A DNA stretch of 64,000 bases from NCBI GenBank assembly GCA_044224875.1, contig JBGAJQ010000017.1:1-64000 (forward strand), written 5' to 3'. The notes below the pieces were generated by a model that saw only the letters and a list, made by a program, of their open reading frames with translations, did no database searches and was not told the origin of the DNA. Shown one piece after another: positions 8,911-18,782 of the stretch (position 1 is its first letter; every line of letters starts with the position of its first letter). The DNA comes from Gemmatimonadaceae bacterium (lineage in GTDB: Bacteria > Gemmatimonadota > Gemmatimonadetes > Gemmatimonadales > Gemmatimonadaceae). Position numbers and translations under genes: made by a program.

Positions 8911-9543
8911 ATGTCACGTACACGTATTCTGTTGGCGTTGGGCGCGGTTGCTCTCTTGAGTGCTCCCGTGGCGGCTCAGGAAAAGGCCGAAGGCAAGTGG
9001 CTCGTGCGCGTACGCGCGTTGTCCTTGACGCCGGCCGACAAGTCCGACGCCATTCCATCACTGAGCGTGCCGTCCGACGCGATCACCGTCTCCAAGAAGA
9101 TCTTCCCCGACATCGACATCTCATACTTCCTGGCGAAGAACATCGCCGCGGAGCTCGTCCTCACGTACCCGCAACAGCACGACGTGAAGCTGTCGGGAAC
9201 GAAGATCGGCACGTTCAAGCACCTGCCGCCAACGCTGCTGCTGCAGTACCACTTCATCCCGGATGGAGTGTTCCGTCCGTATGTCGGCGCCGGCGTGAAC
9301 CTCACCCTCATCTCGTCCGTCGCGTTGCACGTCACCGGAGTGGGCGACCTGGATCTCGAGAGCAGCAGCATGGGTGGCGCCGGTCAGGCAGGGTTTGACC
9401 TGAAGGTGGCCCCAGGTCTGTTCCTGAACGCGGACGTCAAGAAGGTCATGATCGGCTCCGACGTGCTCGTCGGCGGCTCGAAAGTGTCCGCGGTCAAGGT
9501 GGACCCGTGGCTCATTTCCTTCGGGATTGGCAAGCGCTTCTAG
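8911..9543 (+). CDS. ompW: OmpW family outer membrane protein
   Basis: Signal peptide; SYFL..NIAAELVLTYP, HLPPTLLLQYHF, FRPYVGAGVN, VDPWL..FGIGKRF with terminal Phe; GGAG RBS upstream. Confidence 0.93.
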   Translation: MSRTRILLALGAVALLSAPVAAQEKAEGKWLVRVRALSLTPADKSDAIPSLSVPSDAITVSKKIFPDIDISYFLAKNIAAELVLTYPQQHDVKLSGTKIGTFKHLPPTLLLQYHFIPDGVFRPYVGAGVNLTLISSVALHVTGVGDLDLESSSMGGAGQAGFDLKVAPGLFLNADVKKVMIGSDVLVGGSKVSAVKVDPWLISFGIGKRF

Positions 9544-10102
9544 CCATGATTGAGCGACAAGCGCCCAGACGTTAGGCAAATACGCTGAACGGGAGGAGCG
9601 TCTGGTGGGGGGCGAGGCTCGAACGAGCCGCGCCCCCTTTGCTCGTGCGCCCAATCCACCGCCCGGGCTTCGAGGTTCGCCCGTGCCGCGCACCGCTCTC
9701 GGATGGCACGCATTCCAGTTTGGCGTTGATCGATGTGCGGCCCCTGGACATCCAGAGACGCAGCAACGGAAGACACTGGGACCGTACCCCCGTGGGAGCA
9801 TTGGCTTGACTCGGAACCACCTGCGCGTCTGTCTGTCCTGCGGCAAGTGGGATAGCCGGCGACGGCTGGTGGTGAAATAGCGGGACGCGTCAGATTGCCG
9901 AAGGTGTCACTTCCATGATAAGGTGGCCGGTCCAAGCGGAGCATGCAGTAGCCGGACCCGCGTAGCCGCCTCGACCGTGGCGACGACGCCAGAGCGCGGC
10001 CAATGGGGCAGCGACGTTTTGCGCTCCCTCAAACACGCCCTCCGTCGGTCGCGCAAACCTGCTAGGACCACAAGCAGAACGAACCGGTCGACGACTAGTG
10101 TA

Positions 10103-10139
10103 TTGACAAGATTTCAGAACGAATGTAAACGTTTACATT
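10103..10139 (+). promoter_or_regulatory. Sigma70 -35 box (TTGACA) and perfect LacI-type operator AATGTAAACGTTTACATT
   Basis: TTGACA at 10103-10108; an 18-bp perfect palindrome at 10122-10139 with central CG covers the expected -10 region, just upstream of the LacI-family gene. Confidence 0.85.
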
Positions 10140-10194
10140 TCCGGCGGGCGGAGGACCCGCCGGACGCCGACTCCACCCGTCACCAAGTCCGCCC

Positions 10195-11205
10195 ATGGCC
10201 ACCATCAAGGACGTCGCCAAGAAAGCCGGGGTCTCCGTGGCCACGGTATCGCGCGTCTTTAATGCCAGTGGACCGGTCAGTGCCAAGGCGATCGAACGCG
10301 TCCGCGACGTCGCCTCCGCCTTGCGCTACGTCCCGCACGTCGGCGCGCGCTCCCTCATTACCTCGCGCACCAACTGCGTCGGCGTCCTCCTCCCCGACCT
10401 CTACGGAGAGTTCTTCTCCGAAGTGATTCGCGGCATGGACCAGACCGCGCAGCAACACGGCTTTCACCTCCTCCTCTCCTCCGCGCATAACGGCAAACGC
10501 GAATTGGAAGGGGCCATGCGCGCCATGCGCGGCCGCGTGGACGGCATGATCATCATGTCGCCGCACCTGGACGAGGCGGCACTGATCGCCAACCTGCCGT
10601 CCACGGTTCCCGTTGTCCTCATCAGCTGCCGGGTGAAGGATGGGGACTACGACTCGATCGTCATCGACAACGCCCGTGGGGCGCAGCAAATGGTCGCGCA
10701 CCTCGTGTCGCAGGGCCACCGGCGCGTGGCCATCATCCGCGGCGCCGAAGGGAATCATGATGCCTCGGAGCGCCTGCGCGGGTACCGGCGTGCCCTCCGC
10801 GACGCCGACCTCGCGGCCGATCCATCGTTGGAGCTGTCGGGAGACTTCACCGAAGCGTCCGGGCATCGCGCCGTCGCCCAGGCCTTGAGCCTGGCCGATC
10901 CACCCACGGCGATCTTCGCCGCCAACGACGCCATGGCGATCGGCGCCGTCAGTGCGCTCCGCGACCTGGGCCGTCGCGTCCCCGAGGATGTCGCCGTCGG
11001 CGGCTTCGACGACATCCCCATCGCCCGCTACATGAACCCGGCCCTCTCGTCCGTCCACGTCCCCATCTCAGAGATGGGCGCCCGGGCCACACAACGCATC
11101 ATCGAAGCGCTGACTGGAACTCCAAGCCGCAAGCGTCGGCGCGAAGTCCTTCCCACGCAGCTCATCGTCCGCGCGTCAACCAACGGAACTCACGGTCCAC
11201 GCTGA
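10195..11205 (+). CDS. LacI family transcriptional regulator
   Basis: MATIKDVAKKAGVSVATVSRVFN HTH; sugar-binding domain (IFAAND.MA.G, VPEDVAVGGFDD, LSSVHVP). Confidence 0.97.
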   Translation: MATIKDVAKKAGVSVATVSRVFNASGPVSAKAIERVRDVASALRYVPHVGARSLITSRTNCVGVLLPDLYGEFFSEVIRGMDQTAQQHGFHLLLSSAHNGKRELEGAMRAMRGRVDGMIIMSPHLDEAALIANLPSTVPVVLISCRVKDGDYDSIVIDNARGAQQMVAHLVSQGHRRVAIIRGAEGNHDASERLRGYRRALRDADLAADPSLELSGDFTEASGHRAVAQALSLADPPTAIFAANDAMAIGAVSALRDLGRRVPEDVAVGGFDDIPIARYMNPALSSVHVPISEMGARATQRIIEALTGTPSRKRRREVLPTQLIVRASTNGTHGPR

Positions 11206-11242
11206 CGCCCGCAGAACCACGCCTTTCCCAGGAGAGAGACCG

Positions 11243-14203
11243 ATGCGAAGTAGAGTTGTTCAAGGGTTGCTTGCGATGGCGCTGGCCGTACTGGCGCCCG
11301 CAACAGGGGCACTCGCCCAAACCACCACCGGATCCATTCGCGGCTACGTGAAGGACCAGTCGGGAGCTCCCCTGGCCGAGGCGCAGGTCCTGGCGCGGAA
11401 TGTGGACATGGGCGTGTCGCGCGGCACGCTGTCGAATGCCGAAGGGTTCTACAACCTCGCCGGCCTGCGTCCCGGCAGCTACGAACTGACCATCCGGCGT
11501 CTCGGCTTCACCATGCAGACGCGCGCGGTGACGGTCTCCATCGGCGAGACGGTGTCACTGGACCTGCAGATGCAACAGGCGGCGACGCAGCTCACGGGGG
11601 TCGTGGTGGTCTCGGCGCCTACACAGACGGCCAAGACCTCCGAGATCGGCACCGGTGTGTCCCGCGAAAAGATCCGTGACCTCCCATCGGCCGATCGCAA
11701 CTTTCTCGACCTCACCGGACTCGTACCCGGCATCACGCCAAAGGCCGTTAACAACGGCGACAAGTTCTTCGCCGCCGGCGGCCAGCCCGCCGAGGCCATC
11801 AACGTCTTCGTGGACGGCGCGACGTACAAGAACGACGTGTTGCGCGGCGGCGTTGTGGGACAAGACGCGTCCAAAGGCAATCCGTTCCCGCAGGGTGCGG
11901 TGCAGGAGTTCCGCGTCATCACCCAGAACTACAAGGCCGAGTATCAGAAGGCGTCGTCGGCGATCATCACCGCCACCACGCGCTCGGGTGGTATCAACTG
12001 GGAAGCCGAACTCTTTGGAAACAACATCTCGAAGGCCTATGTCGCACGTGACGCCATCGCCACCAGAAATGGCGACGCGCGGCCGAACTACAATCGCTTG
12101 CAGGGCGGCGGCAGCCTGAGTGGGCCGCTGGTTGCCAACAAGCTGTTCTTCTTCGGCACGTACGAATTGAACGCGCGGGATGAACCCGAGTACGTGAGGC
12201 TCGGTGGCGACGCGGCCAATGCGCCCGCCTCGCTCAACCTGCAGCAGTACCTGGGCCAGCACACGAGCACGTTCAAGGAGCACCTGGGCTTTGGCAAGCT
12301 GACTTGGGTGAAGTCAGACCGTAGCACCGTGGACGCCAGCTTGAACGTCCGCAGTGAGTCGGACTTCCGCGGCTTTGGCGGGCAAACCGCCTTCGAAGCG
12401 TCGGAAGACGTGAAGATCAACGTCTACACCGGTGTCGTGAACTGGAAGTACTCGGGCGACCGGTGGCTGAACGAAGCGCAGTTCAACGGCCAGAACTTCA
12501 TCTGGAATCCCACCTGGACCAACGGCGATCTCATTGGCAAGAACTACTTCGGGCTCCTGCGCATCGGCGGCAAGGACTCCGAACAGAAGTTCAAGCAGCG
12601 TCGCCTTTCGTTCCGTGATGACGTGACGCGCTCGGGGGCGCACTGGAACGGCGACCATGTCATCAAGATGGGCGCTTCCGTCGACTTCCTGGCGTATGAG
12701 TCGAACAAACGCTTCACGGAGAACCCGGTCTTCAACTTCCGGTCGGATGAGCAGTGGTCCCGACCGTTCGAGGCGTTCTTCGGATTTGGCAATCCCACCA
12801 TCAGCACGAACAACACGCAGATCGGCGCCTACATCCAGGACGACTGGACCGTGACGCCAAAGTTGACGTTGAACGTCGGCATCCGATGGGACGCCGAGAC
12901 CAACATGATCAACAACGACTACGTGACGCCGTCGGCGCTGGCCGATTCGCTGCGCGGGCCACTGGCCGGACAGTTCTACGTGGACGTTCCGAAGCTGAAG
13001 GCGGATGGCACCTGCTGCGACAACGTGCGTCGTCGCGTGGTGGACGAACTGGGTGGGATCAATCGCTACATCACGACCGGTAGCTCGGACCGCAAGATGT
13101 ACCTCGGGGCCTTCCAGCCGCGTCTTGGTGCGTCGTATGACCTGACGGGCGACGGTCGTACGGTCCTCTTTGCCGGTGCCGGCCTGTACTTCGACCGCAA
13201 CTATTGGAACACCCTGTTGGACGAGCAATTCCGTCGGCAATACTCGGTGCTGAAGGTGTCGTTCAACGACGTTGGGAGCACCACGGGTTGCGCGGCGTGC
13301 GTGAAGTGGGACCCGAAGTACTTCGACCCGGCACAGCTTCGCTCGCTCGCCGGTACGGCTGGACTTCCTGAGGTGTTCCTGGTGGCGAACGACCTCAAGC
13401 CACCCCGGACCGTGCAGTTCAGTGCTGGCGTGCGCCGTGGCATCGGCAATTCGCTGCTCACCGTCACCTACAACGGTGTCCGTGGCACGAATGGCATGAA
13501 CTTCGTGCGTGCGACGCCATGGGGCGGCCTGGGCCCGAACTACGCGCAGGCTTTCATCGCCGACGACCGTGTGAAGACGTGGTACGATGCCATGCAGCTG
13601 CAATGGGAACGACCGCTGCGCGAGTCGAACCGCTGGGGCGGCGCGGTGGCGTACACACTGGCTCGCTCGCTGGAACAAGGGCAGAGTCAGGACATCTTCT
13701 GGCCATTCGATGACCGTTACCCGGTGGTCTCGGACCTGCCAAAGCGTCGAGCGCCTGGCGATCAGCGCCACACGGTCGTCGCGCATGGCATCGTGAAGAT
13801 GCCGTGGCAGCTGCGTGCGAGCTCCGTCGTCACACTTGGCTCGGGCATTTCGGTGAACGCGACAGATGCGAGCAACGGGTGGGACCTGGCAGCGCAACGC
13901 ACCTACGTGTATGTGCCGCCCACATCGTCGTTCCTTGGCGTCGGTCACGTGTTTGGAACACAGAACATGGATCTGCGCCTCGAACGGACGTTCTCGTTCG
14001 CCTCAGCCCAATCGATGTCGGTCATTGCCGAGCTGTTCAATGCGCTCGACTCGGACAACTTCGGCTGCTATGACGCCACGATCTATCCGACGTCCGGCAA
14101 TGTGAATGCGAACTATGGGAAGCCTGGTTGCGCCGCACTCGGGCGACGCTTCCAGATCGGGCTGCGCTATGGATTTCGCCCGACCAGCGGCAGCGGGAAA
14201 TAG
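11243..14203 (+). CDS. TonB-dependent receptor (Oar-like, N-terminal carboxypeptidase-regulatory-like domain), probably oligosaccharide uptake
   Basis: Signal peptide; GSIRGYVKDQSGAPL...GFYNLAGLRPGSYELT; AVQEFRVITQNYKAEY...TRSG; YIQDDWTVTPKLTLNVGIRWD; C-terminal RRFQIGLRYGF. Confidence 0.92.
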   Translation: MRSRVVQGLLAMALAVLAPATGALAQTTTGSIRGYVKDQSGAPLAEAQVLARNVDMGVSRGTLSNAEGFYNLAGLRPGSYELTIRRLGFTMQTRAVTVSIGETVSLDLQMQQAATQLTGVVVVSAPTQTAKTSEIGTGVSREKIRDLPSADRNFLDLTGLVPGITPKAVNNGDKFFAAGGQPAEAINVFVDGATYKNDVLRGGVVGQDASKGNPFPQGAVQEFRVITQNYKAEYQKASSAIITATTRSGGINWEAELFGNNISKAYVARDAIATRNGDARPNYNRLQGGGSLSGPLVANKLFFFGTYELNARDEPEYVRLGGDAANAPASLNLQQYLGQHTSTFKEHLGFGKLTWVKSDRSTVDASLNVRSESDFRGFGGQTAFEASEDVKINVYTGVVNWKYSGDRWLNEAQFNGQNFIWNPTWTNGDLIGKNYFGLLRIGGKDSEQKFKQRRLSFRDDVTRSGAHWNGDHVIKMGASVDFLAYESNKRFTENPVFNFRSDEQWSRPFEAFFGFGNPTISTNNTQIGAYIQDDWTVTPKLTLNVGIRWDAETNMINNDYVTPSALADSLRGPLAGQFYVDVPKLKADGTCCDNVRRRVVDELGGINRYITTGSSDRKMYLGAFQPRLGASYDLTGDGRTVLFAGAGLYFDRNYWNTLLDEQFRRQYSVLKVSFNDVGSTTGCAACVKWDPKYFDPAQLRSLAGTAGLPEVFLVANDLKPPRTVQFSAGVRRGIGNSLLTVTYNGVRGTNGMNFVRATPWGGLGPNYAQAFIADDRVKTWYDAMQLQWERPLRESNRWGGAVAYTLARSLEQGQSQDIFWPFDDRYPVVSDLPKRRAPGDQRHTVVAHGIVKMPWQLRASSVVTLGSGISVNATDASNGWDLAAQRTYVYVPPTSSFLGVGHVFGTQNMDLRLERTFSFASAQSMSVIAELFNALDSDNFGCYDATIYPTSGNVNANYGKPGCAALGRRFQIGLRYGFRPTSGSGK

Positions 14204-14298
14204 CGTCTCGGTGCCCGCTCGTTTGTAGGCCAGTGAGGAAAACTGAGCGGTGGCGCCATATCTTGGTGCCACCGCTCGTGCTTCCGACCGCGGAGCTT

Positions 14299-15788
14299 AT
14301 GCGAAGACATCTCTTGACTCACGCGGCAGCGACGCCCCCTGCACGCGCGCACGTTCACACATCGTGGGTGCCGGCGTTCGCCGTGGGATTGCTGCTCGTT
14401 CTCAGCGCACCTGGGTGCCCACGCCGAACGAATCCCGAGTCATGGCCGCCGACACCACCGGTGCTGGCGCCCTGCTCGACGACCTTCAACATCGCACGTT
14501 CAACTACTTCTGGGAGCTGAGCAACGCCACCAACGGACTGACGCCGGACAGGTGGCCAACCAAGTCGTTCAGCTCCATCGCCGCGGTCGGCTTTGCGCTG
14601 ACCGCGTATCCGATCGGTGTCACGCACGGATGGATCAGCCGTTCGCAGGCCGCCGAGCGAACTCGCACGACGCTGGAGTTTCTTTGGAGCGCCCCCCAGG
14701 GCGCAGCGGCGACGGGAGTAACTGGGTACCACGGGTTCTTCTACCACTTCCTCGATATGACGACCGGCTTGCGATTCGAGCAGGTCGAGCTTTCCACCAT
14801 CGACACGTCGTTGCTGCTTGGCGGGGTGCTTTTCTGCCAGACGTATTTCGATGGAACCGACGAAGTCGAGCAGCGCATCCGCGCGTTGGCCGACTCCATA
14901 TATGCCCGCGTCGACTGGACATGGATCCAGCCGCATGCCCCGCTGGTGAATCATCGCTGGCGTCCCGAGGACGGCTTCGGGCCTAACGATTGGCGCGGCT
15001 ATGACGAGTCGATGTTGCTGTACGTGCTGGCCATTGGGTCGCCGTCGCATCCGATCGCCGCGGAGGGATGGAATGCGTACACAGCCACCAACCGGTGGGA
15101 CACGTTCTACGGACAGCCACACGTGAACTTCGAGCCCCTCTTCGGGCATCAGTACTCGCACGTCTGGATCGACTTTCGCGGGATTCGCGACGCGTACATG
15201 CGAACTCGCGGGATCGACTACTTCGAGAACTCGCGGCGCGCCACGTACTCGCAGCGCGCGTACGCCACCGCCAATCCGGGCGGGTGGATTGGCTACGGCG
15301 CGAACCTGTGGGGCCTCACCGCCTCGGATGGTCCACTGGATTCGACATTCTCCGTTGCCGGCAAGTCGCGCACCTTTCACACGTACTGGGCGCGCGGTGC
15401 GGCGGCCCACGAGATCCGTGACGACGGGACTATCGCCCCGACGGCGGCTGGCGGATCCATCGCCTTCGCGCCTGAGATCGTGCTGCCGGCACTGCTCGAG
15501 ATGCGGCAGCGCTACGGCGACAACCTGTACCAAACGTACGGCTTCCTCGACGCCTTCAATCCCACCCTAACGACTGCCATGCCAACGCACCACGGTCGCG
15601 TCGTGCCGGGGGTAGGCTGGTTCGACGGAGACTGGCTGGGCATCGACCAAGGGCCCATCGTGGCCATGATCGAGAACTATCGCTCGGGGCTGGTGTGGCA
15701 GACCATGCGTCGGAATCCGCATATCGTGCGCGGGTTGCGGCTGGCAGGCTTTACCGGTGGGTGGCTGGACGGGGCGCCTGGTCAATGA
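14299..15788 (+). CDS. GH144-like ('glucoamylase family') endo-beta-1,2-glucanase; signal peptide in a different frame (frameshift near 14420)
   Basis: Motifs LQHRTFNYFWE, SIAAVGFAL, GFFYHFLD, LFGHQYSHVWIDFR, DYFENSRRAT, WGLTASDGP, DGTIAPTAA, YGFLDAFN, LGIDQGPI..MIEN. The ATG at 14299 (GGAG RBS) leads to a hydrophobic WVPAFAVGLLLVLSAPGC in the frame of ORF 14128..14520; an in-frame alternative start is ATG 14442. Confidence 0.8.
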
Positions 15789-17089
15789 CCGTCGCGTGGC
15801 GACGCCTGCGACGATGCGCTGCATGGTCCTTGGCGCTCATTGGCGGCGCGTCGTCATGTCGCGGAACGGCGAGCGACGGCCAGTTGGTCACACTGCGCTT
15901 CTGGGCCTTTGGACGAGAAGGGGAGGTGGTGGCCAGCCTGGTGCAGGACTTCGAGGCCACGCACCCTGGCATACGCGTTCAGGTGCAACAGATCCCGTGG
16001 CGTGCCGCGCACGAAAAGTTGCTCACGGCGTACGTCGGTGAGACGCTCCCCGACATCGCACAGCTGGGAAACACCTGGGTCCCGGAGTTCGATGCCTTGG
16101 GAGCGCTCCTCCCGCTCGACTCGCTGATCGCGGCCACCCAATGGCCCGTCGGCGACTTCTTCCCCGGCATCTGGGCCACCAATGTCATCGACGGCCGCAC
16201 ACTCGGCGTGCCATGGTACGTGGACACACGTGCCATGTTCTACCGAGCAGATCTGCTGGCCAAGGCCGGAATCACGGCCATGCCGACCACGTGGGATGCA
16301 TGGGTGGACGCGATGCGGCGAGTACGCGGCTTGTCGGGTGGCCGGGACTTTGCCGTCTTCATCCCCGTGAATGAGTGGGCGCAGTCCGTCGTGTTGGCGC
16401 AGCAAACGGGATCGCCCCTCCTGGGAGAACGCGGCACACGCGGTGACTTTCAGGGCCCGGAATTTCGCAAGGCACTGGGATTTCTGTTGAAGCTGTTTGC
16501 CGATTCCCTGGCGCCGATCGCTGGTACACAACAGATCGCGAACCTGTACCAGGAGTTCGCCCGCGGGTACTTCGCGATGTACATCTCCGGTCCGTGGAAT
16601 ATCGGCGAGTTCGCGCGCCGCATGCCGCCGGAGCTACGGGATGCGTGGGCGACCGCGCCACTCCCCGGTCCGTACGGTGACTCGAGCCGTGTGTCCCTCG
16701 CCGGCGGATCGTCTCTGTCCGTACTCTCCTCGTCGAAACATGTGACCGAGGCGTGGGCACTGCTGACGTTTCTTTCGCAGCCGGAGCAACAAGCACAGTT
16801 CTATCGCCTGAGCGGTGACTTGCCAGCACGAAGGACGGCGTGGCAGGACAGTTCGCTTGCGCAGAACACGCGTGCCGCCGCCTTCTTCGATCAGCTGCAA
16901 CGCGTGCAGCCGCTCCCGGCCGTACCGGAGTGGGAACAGATCGCCACCAAGGTGCAGGAGTACGTTGAGGCCGTCATCCGAGGAAGCATGCGGCAGGACG
17001 ACGCCCTTGCGGCACTCGACCGCGACGTCGACATCATGTTGGAGAAGCGGCGCTGGCTCCTGGAACGACGCCGGGTGGTGAGCCGCTGA
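15785..17089 (+). CDS. Sugar ABC transporter substrate-binding lipoprotein
   Basis: ATG 15785 overlaps the previous stop; lipobox-like ASSC; LRFWAFGREGE, VQQIPW.AAHEKLLTA, PWYVDTR, MYISGPWN. Confidence 0.93.
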   Translation: MTVAWRRLRRCAAWSLALIGGASSCRGTASDGQLVTLRFWAFGREGEVVASLVQDFEATHPGIRVQVQQIPWRAAHEKLLTAYVGETLPDIAQLGNTWVPEFDALGALLPLDSLIAATQWPVGDFFPGIWATNVIDGRTLGVPWYVDTRAMFYRADLLAKAGITAMPTTWDAWVDAMRRVRGLSGGRDFAVFIPVNEWAQSVVLAQQTGSPLLGERGTRGDFQGPEFRKALGFLLKLFADSLAPIAGTQQIANLYQEFARGYFAMYISGPWNIGEFARRMPPELRDAWATAPLPGPYGDSSRVSLAGGSSLSVLSSSKHVTEAWALLTFLSQPEQQAQFYRLSGDLPARRTAWQDSSLAQNTRAAAFFDQLQRVQPLPAVPEWEQIATKVQEYVEAVIRGSMRQDDALAALDRDVDIMLEKRRWLLERRRVVSR

Positions 17090-17964
17090 TGCAAGTACGC
17101 GAGCGCGTCCCTTGGCTCTTCCTGACCCCCGGAATCGCGCTCATTGCGGTGTTCTTCGCGCTCCCAGTCGTCGCGGCGTTCGTCCTGTCTTTCACCGACT
17201 TCGACATCTACGCGCTTGCGGATATCTCCGTCATGCGCTGGGTCGGTTTCCAGAACTACGCGCGGTTGCTATCCAGCCCGGACTTCCTGAAGGCCCTTCG
17301 AAACACGTTCTACTTCGTGATCGTTGGTGGGCCGCTCTCGGTCGGCGTGTCGCTGGCGGCGGCGATGTTGGTCAATGCGCGATTGGCGCCCTTCAAGGGT
17401 TTCTTCCGCACGATCTACTTTGCCCCAGTCGTCACCACGGTTGTCGCCGTCGCTGTCGTCTGGCGCTATCTGTATCATCCCACGTACGGCCTCATCAACT
17501 GGGCACTTGGCTCGTTAGGTGTGGCGCCGATCGACTGGCTGGGTGACCCGACCTGGGCCATGCCAGCCATCATCATCATGGCCGTGTGGAAGAACTTCGG
17601 CTACAACATGGTGGTGTTCATCGCTGGGTTGCAGAACATCCCCGAAGAGCTGCACGAGGCGGCGACGTTGGACGGCGCCGGCGCCTGGCACCGCTTCCGG
17701 CACATCACGCTCCCCATGCTGGCGCCAACGTTTGTCTTCGTTGGACTCATCACGATGATCGGGTATTTCCAGCTGTTCGCTGAGCCGTATGTGATGACGC
17801 AAGGGGGACCGGTGCGCAGTACGGTGAGTCTGGTACTTCTGATGTATGAGGAAGGGTTCCGATGGTGGCGCATGGGCTACGCGGCGGCTATCGCCTTTGT
17901 CCTGTTCGCGATCATGGCGGCCTTCACGTTGGTGCAGCTGCGCCTGCGACGAGAGGAACCATGA
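17089..17964 (+). CDS. Carbohydrate ABC transporter permease (MalF-type)
   Basis: Six hydrophobic segments; EAA loop LHEAATLDGAG.W.RF.HITLP. Confidence 0.95.
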   Translation: MQVRERVPWLFLTPGIALIAVFFALPVVAAFVLSFTDFDIYALADISVMRWVGFQNYARLLSSPDFLKALRNTFYFVIVGGPLSVGVSLAAAMLVNARLAPFKGFFRTIYFAPVVTTVVAVAVVWRYLYHPTYGLINWALGSLGVAPIDWLGDPTWAMPAIIIMAVWKNFGYNMVVFIAGLQNIPEELHEAATLDGAGAWHRFRHITLPMLAPTFVFVGLITMIGYFQLFAEPYVMTQGGPVRSTVSLVLLMYEEGFRWWRMGYAAAIAFVLFAIMAAFTLVQLRLRREEP

Positions 17965-18782
17965 GTACGCCAGTGCGACGGGTTCTCCTCGGCGCTCTGT
18001 TAGGCATCGGTGCGTTGGTGACGCTCGCGCCACTATTGTGGATGCTGTCGATCTCCTTCATGCCATCGGGCGACGCCAACACGTTTCCTCCCCGGTTGCT
18101 CCCGCGCGTCTGGACACTCGAGCACTATCGAGCGCTCTTCACGCGACTGGAGCTTGCCCGCTATGTAGTCAACTCCATCGTCCTCGCGTCGACCGTGACG
18201 GTGGTGTCCCTCCTGATCAACAGCATGGCGGGGTACGCCTTTGCGAAGTACCGGTTTCGAGGGCGCGACTCGTTGTACCGCGCCTTGCTCGGCGCCCTGG
18301 TGATCCCAGCACAGGTGGCGATGCTCCCGCTCTTTCTTCTCCTCAAGACGATGGGCCTCGTGAACACCTACGTCGGGGCCATGATTCCGGGACTGGCCAG
18401 CATCTTCGGAATCTTCCTCGTTCGACAGTACGCCCTGTCGATTCCCGATGACTTGTTGGACGCAGCGCGCATCGATGGAGCTGGCGAGTGGCGCATCTAC
18501 CGGTCGATCGTGCTCCCCATCATACGGCCGATACTGGTGACGCTCGCCGTGTTCACGTTCATGGGGACGTGGAATGACTTCATGTGGCCCTTGATCATCC
18601 TGAGCGACGATGCGCGTTACACGCTGCCCGTGGCGCTCGCCAACCTGTCGCTCGAGCACGTGCAGGATACGGAACTCATGATGGCCGGAGCCGTGCTCAC
18701 CGTCCTGCCCGTGATGGCGTTGTTCGTGGTACTGCAACGTCAGTACATCGCTGGCATCACGACAGGGAGCGTCAAAGGATGA
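17961..18782 (+). CDS. Carbohydrate ABC transporter permease (MalG-type)
   Basis: ATG 17961; EAA loop LLDAARIDGAGEWRIY, WNDFMWPLI, C-terminal GSVKG. Confidence 0.95.
   Translation: MSTPVRRVLLGALLGIGALVTLAPLLWMLSISFMPSGDANTFPPRLLPRVWTLEHYRALFTRLELARYVVNSIVLASTVTVVSLLINSMAGYAFAKYRFRGRDSLYRALLGALVIPAQVAMLPLFLLLKTMGLVNTYVGAMIPGLASIFGIFLVRQYALSIPDDLLDAARIDGAGEWRIYRSIVLPIIRPILVTLAVFTFMGTWNDFMWPLIILSDDARYTLPVALANLSLEHVQDTELMMAGAVLTVLPVMALFVVLQRQYIAGITTGSVKG

Noticed and set aside
9544..10100. Gap of about 550 bp with short ORFs (for example 9605..9880 containing CLSC)
   Set aside because: No convincing RBS, codon pattern or family motif; left unannotated.
12314..13948. Long antisense ORFs (for example 12314..13948, 21925..23325, 44098..45780, 14355..15533)
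   Set aside because: These are shadows of well-supported genes on the opposite strand, expected in high-GC DNA, and show no recognisable motifs.
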